The translations under genes and the position numbers were made by a program. Shown one piece after another: positions 44,459 to 53,879 of a stretch of 64,000 bases of DNA; positions within the stretch are counted from its first letter, which is position 1; every line of letters starts with the position of its first letter. Under the pieces are notes generated by a model that made no database searches, was not told the origin of the DNA, and saw only the letters and a program-made list of their open reading frames with translations. This DNA is from an uncultured archaeon (GTDB lineage: Archaea > Thermoplasmatota > Penumbrarchaeia > JASLWR01), in contig CAYSHM010000002.1 in the NCBI GenBank assembly GCA_964430885.1, positions 141,009 to 205,008 on the forward strand, given 5' to 3'.

Positions 44459-45536
44459 TTCTTTTCATTGAATCTCTATAAAAGTTCTTTGTCCTTTGCA
44501 TCAATTCATCATCGGCTAAAGATGATTCAAAATCAAAATTTCCAAATAAGTCCACAACAAGCTGGTATTCTTTCAGTTTGTAGAATGCTTCAACAATATA
44601 GGCCAAGATTTCAGGGGCCTTTCCTCCAACCGTTCTATAAGATTCGAACAGACTACGCGCCTGTTGGTATTCTTTCAGTTTTACCGACGCACTGACAGCT
44701 AATTCCAACAGCTCTTTGGAATAATCATAGGTTTTTAGATATCTCCTGCATACTTTAACGCAATGGGAATATTTTTCCATTTGATAAAATAATTTAGCTT
44801 CAATAATTCCTGAAACTAATGAGCGTTTTTTAAGTCTCTTAAGATATTTTAAATACTTCAATGATCTCCCATAATCTTTCATCTCCCGGTGATTTTCAAC
44901 TAAAAGGATCCATGTTTTGGGAAGATTTCTTCTATAGAGAAGGGAACGTTGAAGCAATTCGTTACAACCTTTGAGGTCCTTTGAAAACATCTTTCTGGCA
45001 GCGATGTTGTTGAGGGTTTCCGCTATCAATGTTTTTCTGATCCAGAATAATCCTGCACTTGATATAATAATAGATACCCCTGAAAATGTCTTCCAAAGAT
45101 GAAAATTTTCTACTGTATCCATTACAATAAATATGAAGATCAAAATGCTGAACAATGCTATGTATTCGTACATCACTTTTATTATCTTCAACGGTCCTAA
45201 ATAGATCTTGTCAATGGTTTTATCAACCTGGCCCTTTGATTTAATCAGCAGTATAGGTGATATTACAATTCTTATAACTAAATATGCCAGAGGGAGCATA
45301 AAGGAGATAAGTATCCCCAAATAAAAATATGTGAATTTGTCATATTGATCCAGAAGGAATGAGTTTTTATCGCTTAAAACAATGAAGAGCGAGGAACTGA
45401 ACAGGAGAAGGGAAAAGAGGAACTGCCAACCTTCAGCATACGTGAGATTTCCCTTCCTTGCAATTCTGAAAATCAAAAAGGAGATGAACAATTCAACTAG
45501 AAGGAACCATGAATAATTATCGATATAGAAGCTCAT
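44448..45536 (-). CDS. Membrane protein with C-terminal TPR-like region
   Basis: About 5 N-terminal TMs followed by helical TPR-like repeats (YQMEKYSHCVKVC; LKEYQQARSLF). Confidence 0.7.
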   Translation of the reverse strand: MSFYIDNYSWFLLVELFISFLIFRIARKGNLTYAEGWQFLFSLLLFSSSLFIVLSDKNSFLLDQYDKFTYFYLGILISFMLPLAYLVIRIVISPILLIKSKGQVDKTIDKIYLGPLKIIKVMYEYIALFSILIFIFIVMDTVENFHLWKTFSGVSIIISSAGLFWIRKTLIAETLNNIAARKMFSKDLKGCNELLQRSLLYRRNLPKTWILLVENHREMKDYGRSLKYLKYLKRLKKRSLVSGIIEAKLFYQMEKYSHCVKVCRRYLKTYDYSKELLELAVSASVKLKEYQQARSLFESYRTVGGKAPEILAYIVEAFYKLKEYQLVVDLFGNFDFESSLADDELMQRTKNFYRDSMKRIKT

Positions 45537-45746
45537 CACCTTTTAAATGACTTTTTTTATTTTAAATCCTGCACTACTTTTGTATGGATGAGTATATTCA
45601 ATAGATCCCTTCAAAGTAAAATTATTTAAAGGGTTTTCATCTCGGCTAATTAGTTTTTATCGGTAAGTTTTTTCATATTGTTCAAAAATAATTGTAGAAG
45701 CAATATTATGATGAAATTTAGGACCGTTCGATTTTTGGTCTTCAAT

Positions 45747-45768
45747 TGACCTTTATACTTAAAGGTCA
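45747..45768. promoter_or_regulatory. Perfect 9-bp inverted repeat TGACCTTTA-N4-TAAAGGTCA (candidate operator)
   Basis: Seen directly in the divergent intergenic region 45540-46014. Confidence 0.45.
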
Positions 45769-46014
45769 TCCTTGGGTATAGTATACAATTTGCCAAAAGT
45801 CCCAGAAATGAGTACTTGTTCACATAATTTTTATATACCAAATGGGTAATTTGTTTATAGAATTCCTAAACTAAAAACCATTGATATCAGATGATAGTAG
45901 GGAACGAGTTCCAATATGGAAAGTCGATTAATTCTATCAATGTGTAAAAGAAAGTAATGATTGATAGCATTTGATTGACCCATATGGTAATAAAACAAAG
46001 ACAGGAGGCATTTC

Positions 46015-48693
46015 TTGTTATTGAACAGGTCATTGTCAAAGGGTAAATTGATTTTCATGTGTGCGATTTTGGTCGCTGGATTATTGTTCACAGCTCTAGA
46101 TTTTTCTGGAGATGTGAACCGATCAGATTCGGCCATATGGAAAAAGGCACCGATTGATGGTATGTTTTATGATGGATCTGAAAGGGTCAATGAATCCAGC
46201 ATACCAGTATTTGAGGAACCCTTTTTAGGGTATTCCTTAATAGATAAGGATAAAAGCACAGCTATCGTAGAGGGCGGGAAAGCTACTCTATCAGGTTCAC
46301 CCATTCCCGATGTAGATTCGGATGTTATCATCCCATTGGATTGGCTGCCTGATCCTGTGCACGATTATTCATTTCATCCAAATGCCATGACTTACGATAC
46401 ACAAAGCAATGCTCTGGTTCTATCCATGCAGGGTACGGGGGAGCTTCATCTGGTCAATAAGGACAGCGGTGATCTCATTGATGAGATTCAGCTCGATATT
46501 GATACCGATAACAATACAGGTATCGGTTATGGTAATGGTGGTTATTATTATTCGGTTGGAGGCGGGAGTGATTCCACTATTGATCTTTATAGATATGATA
46601 AGGCTACGGAGAAATCAATAGCTTTCGGGGTGAACACTTCAAATAAGGATGGATTTCCCCTTGTAGTCCTTGAGAATTCAATAATAAGGGGTAGGACTTA
46701 TCAGGATGGAAAGCAAAATTGGGGCACAATCAATATACTAGAAAAAATACCCCTGGCAAATCCGGATGAAATAGATACTACCCATATGCTGGATTTCAAC
46801 GGTGTCCAGGATCTAGCCTATGACGGAAACTATATTTGGGTTCTGAAGGATACAAATGACGTTTCATTGTCTCTCTACAGCAAAAACGGTGTGCTCGTTG
46901 ACGACTTTCCAGATCTCAATCCTGTTTTCTCCCTTGATGATGGCTTCAAGGCAAGGGGGCTTGCTTACGCTGGTAACTATCTGTATATCCTGGTATACGA
47001 GGATGTGGAGGACCAGGGTGAATCGAGTTTCTTGTTAAGGCTGTCCTTTGGAAAACGGTACTATGATAGTGGTAGCGTTATTTCTAAAACATTCTATCAG
47101 AGTTCAAATCCGGTTGCTTCTGTAAAAATCGAAGCAGATGTTCAGCAACCTTCTTCTACGAATATTGAATATTATGTTGGGTCTGGAAATGCTGGAGATT
47201 GGAAGAAGATAAGCAGTGATGATTGGACTGGAATTGGTTCTGCTTATACCAAATTGAAATACAAACTGGAATTGAGTTCAACCAATTCTGATAAGACTCC
47301 AATTGTTACAAATATTAAAATTTCCTGCAATTCAGTTAACAAACCTGAGATAATCACTCCTGATAACAATATATGGACTGGTGGAAAACCTGATATGCGC
47401 TGGAATTTCAATGATAAAAATGACCAGGACAACCAAACAGCTTTTAACATACTTATATCCAATGTTTCAACCTTCGACAGCGTTCTAAAGGATATCAATG
47501 AGGAGAAGAGGGAAGGCGGTTATAAATATCCTCAGAAAATGAAAGGGGGTGCATATTACTGGAAGGTGAGGACCAAGGATGAGCTGATGGGTTGGAGTCC
47601 CTTTTCAGATGTGGCAGTTTTCAATGTTGACGTTGATAGCCCCGGGGGATTAGTAAGAATTAACGATGAGAACAAGTCAACTACAGACAGCTTTGTCAAT
47701 CTTGAAATTCTTGTGAGCGATTCTTCCACCAATGTCACGGAGGTGCATATAAGCGAGGAAGAGCGCTCAAGCGCACCAGAGTTTTATTGGCAGCATTATG
47801 AGAAAGATGTGAACTTTACAGTATCCGAAGAACTTGGCGAGAAGATAATTTATGTATGGTTCAAGGATGAAGCAGGCAATGTTGGAGGTCCTGCTTCTGC
47901 AGTTATTCAGCTCAAGAAAGCTTCTGATGATGACGAAGAAGGTGCCTTAGGGATGGGTAAGATTGGGAAAATAGATGTCCTATATCTGTTAATAGCCGGA
48001 TTGATACTGTTATTGATCCTGATAATTTTGATAAAAACCAGCGGCAGCGGACACGACCCCTACTACGATGATGACGAAGATGAAGAATATGAGGAATACG
48101 GAGAGGAAAAGGGCTCGATGAGTTCGTTGGAGGCTATCAGAAGAAAACATCTTGAGCAGGTTCAATTTGACTCGAGATATAATGAGGATGAAGTTGAAGA
48201 AGGATTTTTAGTGACTCCCAATAAATATGGGGGAAGCGGTGGATACGAGCAGAGTCCATATTCCAATGTTTACGGAGGTTATGGTGGTTCAGGAAGATAC
48301 GGCAGTTCCCCTTATGATGACGATGAGCTGAGCCTTGAATATTCATCCTATTCTGCACCACCATCTTTGGACGATTTCATCAATAAATTGGAAGGCGGAC
48401 TGGATCGAGAAGCTCAAAAACCGTCAGGTGATTCTTCAAAGGAAGAACCTCCTGAGGAAATGGATGATGAAAAGAGGTACGAGAAGAAGGTGGAAAAGAT
48501 CAAAGAACAGATTGCGATTCTGAAGGAAAGGGAATCCGGTTTGAAAGAAAAGATCGAAAAAACATCCAATAATGATAAGGAAGAAGAGTTAAAGAAGAAC
48601 CTCGGCGACATCGAGAAATTGAGGAGGGACCTAGAGAATTATCTAGAAGAAGGTAGTAAACCTAATGATAATTTGCCCCCACCCCCTCCTTAA
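46015..48693 (+). CDS. Single-pass surface protein (beta-propeller-like + FN3/Ig) with acidic Tyr/Gly-rich, coiled-coil, poly-Pro tail
   Basis: Signal-like N-terminus, QDLAYDGNYIWV / RGLAYAGNYLY propeller blades, YYWKVRTKD FN3, TM VLYLLIAGLILLLILIILI, ending NLPPPPP. Confidence 0.8.
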   Translation: MLLNRSLSKGKLIFMCAILVAGLLFTALDFSGDVNRSDSAIWKKAPIDGMFYDGSERVNESSIPVFEEPFLGYSLIDKDKSTAIVEGGKATLSGSPIPDVDSDVIIPLDWLPDPVHDYSFHPNAMTYDTQSNALVLSMQGTGELHLVNKDSGDLIDEIQLDIDTDNNTGIGYGNGGYYYSVGGGSDSTIDLYRYDKATEKSIAFGVNTSNKDGFPLVVLENSIIRGRTYQDGKQNWGTINILEKIPLANPDEIDTTHMLDFNGVQDLAYDGNYIWVLKDTNDVSLSLYSKNGVLVDDFPDLNPVFSLDDGFKARGLAYAGNYLYILVYEDVEDQGESSFLLRLSFGKRYYDSGSVISKTFYQSSNPVASVKIEADVQQPSSTNIEYYVGSGNAGDWKKISSDDWTGIGSAYTKLKYKLELSSTNSDKTPIVTNIKISCNSVNKPEIITPDNNIWTGGKPDMRWNFNDKNDQDNQTAFNILISNVSTFDSVLKDINEEKREGGYKYPQKMKGGAYYWKVRTKDELMGWSPFSDVAVFNVDVDSPGGLVRINDENKSTTDSFVNLEILVSDSSTNVTEVHISEEERSSAPEFYWQHYEKDVNFTVSEELGEKIIYVWFKDEAGNVGGPASAVIQLKKASDDDEEGALGMGKIGKIDVLYLLIAGLILLLILIILIKTSGSGHDPYYDDDEDEEYEEYGEEKGSMSSLEAIRRKHLEQVQFDSRYNEDEVEEGFLVTPNKYGGSGGYEQSPYSNVYGGYGGSGRYGSSPYDDDELSLEYSSYSAPPSLDDFINKLEGGLDREAQKPSGDSSKEEPPEEMDDEKRYEKKVEKIKEQIAILKERESGLKEKIEKTSNNDKEEELKKNLGDIEKLRRDLENYLEEGSKPNDNLPPPPP

Positions 48694-48894
48694 ACCTTTG
48701 TTTTATACCGAACCGATAATACTCAGAATTGATTGCATGAATACAGTGTATATTGTCCTATTCATACATGTCCTATTTTGGAAAATTTGAATTGAAAAAG
48801 TGTTCGATCGATATATTAATTGAGAAATGTCCTTACAGAAAAATCGGGAGAGTCAATCAAATCCAGTTCATTATTTCGTTTGGGGGGAAAGATA

Positions 48895-49848
48895 TTGGTT
48901 CATGAAGATGATGAATTACAGAAAATACAGGACGGCCTAGCATGTCCTGAGTGCGGTCAATTTTTGGGCCCCATGAATATTTGTCCGTATTGCAGAACTA
49001 AGGTCAAAGGAAGAGTAGATATTAAGATAATCAAAGCCGTAAGTATTCTTGTAGCTATATTGGGCGTTGGATTATTACTTCTGTGGGCAAATCTGCAAGA
49101 GCCGTCAGGGATGAAGATAGGAGATATATCCAAAAGACAGAACTATGCCTTTGTTGAAATAGAAGGTGAGATAACAGGAGATTCCATGTACTATGTGGAG
49201 GTTTCCGACGAAGGCGAAGTATTTCCATCGGGTCTCAGTTTCTGGCTTGATGATGGAACCGGAGTCATAAAGGTCAAGACCTATGATGAGGTTACCAAGG
49301 ATATAATCGAGGCTAAAAAAATACCTGTGGAAGGCGATAGGGTAGTCATTAAGGGCAATGTGATGTTCAGGGAGGATGACATGTCCATGACCCTGCAGAG
49401 TCCGGATAATATTGAGATAGTCAAGGATACTGAATCACCAAAATCCATGATGATCCAGGATATATCAGGAAAGGACGAGACTGAAGATTTCAATGGGAAA
49501 TTTGATGAAATGGATGTGAAATCGTCAACAATTAGTGGGAGTCTCACCGGGATAGACAGTCAGACCACAAGCTATAGGGACCTTTACGATAATCTTTATT
49601 TTGAGGTAAAGGATACTCAGGGATATTCCATTCTAATCAAAGTACCTTATGCGATTTACTCTGCTTATGGAGGTTCAATCGATGAAGGAGTTAAATCTTT
49701 GCCTCTCAACCAGGAAGATATAGGGGATGAGGATATCAAGGCGACGGGTCATTTGGTATGGGACCGATACAATAATCCTACAGGGGGATATGGTGGCAGT
49801 TGGGTTTTAGTGCTGCAGGATATTACGAATATTAAATTGGAGGTGTGA
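48895..49848 (+). CDS. Zn-ribbon + TM + OB-fold nucleic-acid-binding domain protein
   Basis: CPECGQFLGPMNICPYC, one TM, and OB fold VEIEGEI...FWLDDGTGVIKV...GDRVVIKG. TTG start after a G-rich SD (ORF open from 48820). Confidence 0.82.
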   Translation: MVHEDDELQKIQDGLACPECGQFLGPMNICPYCRTKVKGRVDIKIIKAVSILVAILGVGLLLLWANLQEPSGMKIGDISKRQNYAFVEIEGEITGDSMYYVEVSDEGEVFPSGLSFWLDDGTGVIKVKTYDEVTKDIIEAKKIPVEGDRVVIKGNVMFREDDMSMTLQSPDNIEIVKDTESPKSMMIQDISGKDETEDFNGKFDEMDVKSSTISGSLTGIDSQTTSYRDLYDNLYFEVKDTQGYSILIKVPYAIYSAYGGSIDEGVKSLPLNQEDIGDEDIKATGHLVWDRYNNPTGGYGGSWVLVLQDITNIKLEV

Positions 49849-49850
49849 AG

Positions 49851-51137
49851 ATGGCTAAAGGAAATAAGGAGTCCTCTAGCCAGGATGAAAGAAGTGAGAA
49901 AATGAGACCCTGTCCTGCCTGCGGAAAGGAATTTGGAAGAAAGAAGAGAAAATGTCCTCACTGTGCAGCTCCCATGGCTTTCCGTGTGAAGGAATCCACA
50001 ATAATTAAGGTCTCCTGTGTCGTATTTGTTTCGCTCACGATTATCCTGGCTTTGTTAGCTGTTTTCAGTGACACTGAAGTTTCAAAAGTCGAGGATTTGA
50101 AGGAGGAGGACAGTTTTGAGATAATGCGTTTCAAGGGGAAAATTGTGGAAAGCCCAAGATACTATCCAGAGGATTACAGTGATATCGGCCGAATGAAATT
50201 ACTGCTGAATGATACCACTGGAGAGATAACTATCAATGTTGCAGCCAATATAGTTGAAGAACTAATGGATCAGGGGAAAATACCATCCTTGGGTGATGAG
50301 ATAGATGTGATGGGCAGCGTAGGAGTGTTTAAAACCGGAGGGGTCACGGATATGGATATTAAGATATCCGACAATGGTCTGCTGTTGGAGTCTGGATATG
50401 AATATGATTCATACAGTTATTCTCTCACTCTTACAAATCCCGACAATCTTGAGATTATGAGCAACGATTATGATTCCCTTTCGATTTCGGACATCGCAGG
50501 TACTGGCGGTGATGCATATGAGAACGGTAAGAAGGTGAAAATCGAGGGGACCGTAATCTCGTCGGTGACAAATTGGTCATCTGCATACCAGATCACCCTG
50601 AAAGATATGACCACAGACGATACTATTCTTCTATATGTTCCTAAGGATGTTGTCGAACTGTCAGGTGTGGATTTATATTCTGAAGATGATATTGCATATA
50701 ATCTGAAACCTGGCTCAGAGATATCTATTCTTGGTTCTCTTATGTTCTATGAAAATGTGAAATATCCTCAATATAGCAAGTGGGAACTCATACCGACTTC
50801 AGCCGGAGATAACTTGAAGATAGCTGGAAGGAATGCCATAAAGATCAATAAGGAGGGTCAGGGTTTCAGCGTGGATATGCTTATGGGTAATAAAGACCTC
50901 TACGAAGGTGCCGACGTCAGCCTGGAAAATGTTGTTATAGACCGTATGGAGGAAGGCGACCTTTATGTCAAAGATCCAGGAGGTACTTACTCGATAATGG
51001 TTTTCAGCTATGATCCCATTACTGATATTGATGTTGGGGATAGGGTAAATCTTTTTGGAGAGTTCACTTATTATGCACCCCAAGATATTTGGGAAATAAA
51101 GTTGAGCGATGCAGAAAATATTTGGGAGGTGTCATAG
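49851..51137 (+). CDS. Zn-ribbon + TM + multiple OB-fold domain protein (paralog of upstream gene)
   Basis: CPACG..CPHC, TM, LLNDTTGEITI...GDEIDVMG, plus further OB-like repeats (GDRVNLFGEF). SD GGAGGTG. Confidence 0.82.
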   Translation: MAKGNKESSSQDERSEKMRPCPACGKEFGRKKRKCPHCAAPMAFRVKESTIIKVSCVVFVSLTIILALLAVFSDTEVSKVEDLKEEDSFEIMRFKGKIVESPRYYPEDYSDIGRMKLLLNDTTGEITINVAANIVEELMDQGKIPSLGDEIDVMGSVGVFKTGGVTDMDIKISDNGLLLESGYEYDSYSYSLTLTNPDNLEIMSNDYDSLSISDIAGTGGDAYENGKKVKIEGTVISSVTNWSSAYQITLKDMTTDDTILLYVPKDVVELSGVDLYSEDDIAYNLKPGSEISILGSLMFYENVKYPQYSKWELIPTSAGDNLKIAGRNAIKINKEGQGFSVDMLMGNKDLYEGADVSLENVVIDRMEEGDLYVKDPGGTYSIMVFSYDPITDIDVGDRVNLFGEFTYYAPQDIWEIKLSDAENIWEVS

Positions 51138-52475
51138 ATGTCATTACCGATTGATGTTATACTGATAACCATAGCTATTACTTGTCTTGGCGCGTTTTTA
51201 TCAGGCCTACTGGCTTTCCTGCCCGGCTTTCACATCTATAACTTAATGGGAATCGTTATGATAATGTACATGGGTTTTGCAGAGGCAATCCCTGGAATAT
51301 ATGTTGCAGGAGCTATGCTGGGAATGATGCTTGGCTTTGTGATGTACTTTTCCTCAGTGAGCACACTTTATTTCCAGGCCCCTGATGATTCAACAATGTT
51401 CTTTCAATTTCCTAGCCAGCAATTCCTTATGAAGGGTAAGGCCCATGCTGCAGCAATCCTAGGTACCGTCGGTTGTTTGTTGGGTGTTCTTATAGTGGTT
51501 ATTGGGATACCTCTCTTCAGCCCCTTGTTGAAGATTTTCGTGGATGTTTTCAAGGAAACCCAGTTCTTCCTTATAGGTCTGGTAATCACATTTCTCCTGA
51601 TGTCCGAATGGCCCAAGGATTTCGGGCAGGGCCAGACAAAATGGCAGAGGCTGAGAGACGGATGGTCAACCCTGACGTGGGGTTATCTGACCTTCGCTCT
51701 GGCCGGGATTCTCGGAATGATCAATTTTTGGCACCCACTAATACCTGTGGAAAACGCTTTCCAAAGCCTTCTTCCGGTTTTCGTTGGGCTCTTTGCTATT
51801 CCATCGATCATATTGAACATTATTTCAAGGACCCGGTTGCCGGAGCAGTATGTTTCCAAGAGCGTATATCTGCGTTTCCATCATTTGATCCAAAGCGGAT
51901 CATCCGGAGGTCTTGGGGGGATTTACGGTGGAATTGCACCCGGTGTAACAGCAGGGCCTGCAGGTTATATGTCAGGCCACGCCACGGCTCAGTCGGGTAC
52001 CAACAATTTTCTCATGAGCATGAATGTCACCCGAATTGTGTATTTCGTCGGGGCTATGACCCTCCTCCTGAATCCCGCCATCCATTTGAGGAGAGGCGGT
52101 GCTGCAGTTCTTACCAACCTATTCTATACGCCCTCAAATCCTACAGAATACACCGTTATACTAGCGGGTCTATCCCTGGCTACTCTGGTTTCATTATTTG
52201 TGGTACTTGGAATATCGAGATTGAGCGGGAAGATACTCCGAAAGATTAGTTTCAAGCACATCTCCTGGTTTTCTCTGTTCCTGCTTATTATCATAGTGCT
52301 GGTATTTACAAGCTGGCAGGGTCTATTGATTCTGATGGTGACCACTGCACTCGGTATGATGTGTGTTCTTGTGCAGACCCGAAGATCGCATCTTTTAGCA
52401 GTTCTATTACTACCGCTGTTCCTGAATATGTCAGGGGCGGGTGGTACATTAGCTAGCTTCCTGGGGTTGGTTTAA
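51138..52475 (+). CDS. TctA-like (DUF112) tripartite tricarboxylate transporter-family permease, archaeal type
   Basis: GLLAFLPGFHIYN, APDD....PSQQFLMKGKA, LLPVFVGLFAIP, RRSHLL. About 11-12 TMs. Confidence 0.85.
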   Translation: MSLPIDVILITIAITCLGAFLSGLLAFLPGFHIYNLMGIVMIMYMGFAEAIPGIYVAGAMLGMMLGFVMYFSSVSTLYFQAPDDSTMFFQFPSQQFLMKGKAHAAAILGTVGCLLGVLIVVIGIPLFSPLLKIFVDVFKETQFFLIGLVITFLLMSEWPKDFGQGQTKWQRLRDGWSTLTWGYLTFALAGILGMINFWHPLIPVENAFQSLLPVFVGLFAIPSIILNIISRTRLPEQYVSKSVYLRFHHLIQSGSSGGLGGIYGGIAPGVTAGPAGYMSGHATAQSGTNNFLMSMNVTRIVYFVGAMTLLLNPAIHLRRGGAAVLTNLFYTPSNPTEYTVILAGLSLATLVSLFVVLGISRLSGKILRKISFKHISWFSLFLLIIIVLVFTSWQGLLILMVTTALGMMCVLVQTRRSHLLAVLLLPLFLNMSGAGGTLASFLGLV

Positions 52476-53609
52476 ATGAAGGGATTGACACATTACATCG
52501 TGGGTGTAGCCATAGCTACTTTTTTCATAGATGCGGTACAGATGACCATATTCGATAAATCCTGGATATTGTTATTAGGCGGAGTTTTCGGTATACTTCC
52601 TGATTTTATGGATTTCAGATTTGCACGTTATCTCATTGTTCATGATTATGAGGTAACTCCAGGCCATAAGGACCTGAATCCCCGTGTGGTCTCCGAAACA
52701 GTGGCCAAGGCTATTGACGAGGCCGCGGAAAAGAGTAAATCTATCAAGATCAAGCTTCATTCAATGAAGGTCAGCAGGGATTTTTGGAGACAATATTCAG
52801 TACAGTTCGATACTGATAAGAAGGAGATAATAACAAAAATCGGGCCACTGGTAACTACTGGACAGGTTCCCCAGCCCGGAACCGCACCCAAAGGGGACAA
52901 GGCCATTGCTGTAGCAAAATATAAAGCGGATATTAATCACACATATCATTTGGCAACGAATATTGATATCTGGCATGGCAACGACTGGGAATTTGTACCC
53001 GAGGGCGATAAAATAAGGGTTGACTTCATTCCCTGGCATAGAAAGGTTTGGCATTCATTTACTGCAGGTCTTCTCTTTGGACCTATCGGATTCCTTATCT
53101 ATGGTGATTGGAGTGCTATGATGTCCGGAGATGTCCTAGGTTTCTTTACCGCCCAGGCGGGATGGCTTGCAGCTCTTATCATCGTCCTGGGTTTCTGGGG
53201 TCATGTGGTCTGTGATCAGTTGGGCAATTTAGGTTCCAATCTTTTCTATCCCTTTACAAAGAAGAGGGCAAGAGGTTTGAAGATGACCAGTGCTTCAGAT
53301 CCCTTCTCGAACATATCCTTCGTATATGCCTCCATTGCTCTGATAATCTTCAATTTCAATGCCTTTAATTATAGGCATTCCTTTATGATGTGGGGCATCG
53401 ACAACTTCCACGGAGTGAATTATTTCATCGGATTGGCGGAATATTTTGTATTGGTAATTATCCTCCCAATGGTCCTTCTGAAGCTGGCAATTATAGGCTA
53501 CAAGAAAAAGTTCATTGAACCAAGAAAGAAAAAGGAAGAGGAGCTTTCCAATGAAGAAAAGGAAGCTTTAGATTCACTTGCAGAGATAACCGAGATGGCC
53601 GGGGGATGA
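52476..53609 (+). CDS. Membrane-bound metal-dependent hydrolase (YdjM/DUF457-like)
   Basis: MKGLTH, LPDFMD, WHRKVWHS and GHVVCD metal-ligand motifs with TMs. Confidence 0.85.
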   Translation: MKGLTHYIVGVAIATFFIDAVQMTIFDKSWILLLGGVFGILPDFMDFRFARYLIVHDYEVTPGHKDLNPRVVSETVAKAIDEAAEKSKSIKIKLHSMKVSRDFWRQYSVQFDTDKKEIITKIGPLVTTGQVPQPGTAPKGDKAIAVAKYKADINHTYHLATNIDIWHGNDWEFVPEGDKIRVDFIPWHRKVWHSFTAGLLFGPIGFLIYGDWSAMMSGDVLGFFTAQAGWLAALIIVLGFWGHVVCDQLGNLGSNLFYPFTKKRARGLKMTSASDPFSNISFVYASIALIIFNFNAFNYRHSFMMWGIDNFHGVNYFIGLAEYFVLVIILPMVLLKLAIIGYKKKFIEPRKKKEEELSNEEKEALDSLAEITEMAGG

Positions 53610-53879
53610 GTATAGATCCCCTTCATTGGATGATACATTGCTGCTAGATGCGAAAGCTGTCTGAATAGGATTGGATGGTATTTCCATAACGGACGTCTAG
53701 TCCCCTTTACATCCTAGACTGCTATTTATCAATCTGTAATAAGGTATGTTCAATAAAAAGACCCCCGAATCAATGCCTGCTCTCTAAGTCCTTAAATAGT
53801 CTGAGCTAGAAATGCTAAATAACTTGTGGGAAATATTATATTCATTGGAATGATAGGATAAGGTCCCGGGTGAATTGTA

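Noticed and set aside
51473-52249. 258-aa alternate-frame ORF inside the TctA-like gene
   Set aside because: Stop-poor shifted frame typical of hydrophobic genes. Arg/Cys/Ser-rich, with no recognisable domain.
53615-53670. Possible C/D box sRNA between the hydrolase and PLD genes, sharing GATGATACATTG with 58749
   Set aside because: The C box is imperfect, the guides are too short, there is no terminal stem, and one 12-mer match is expected by chance.
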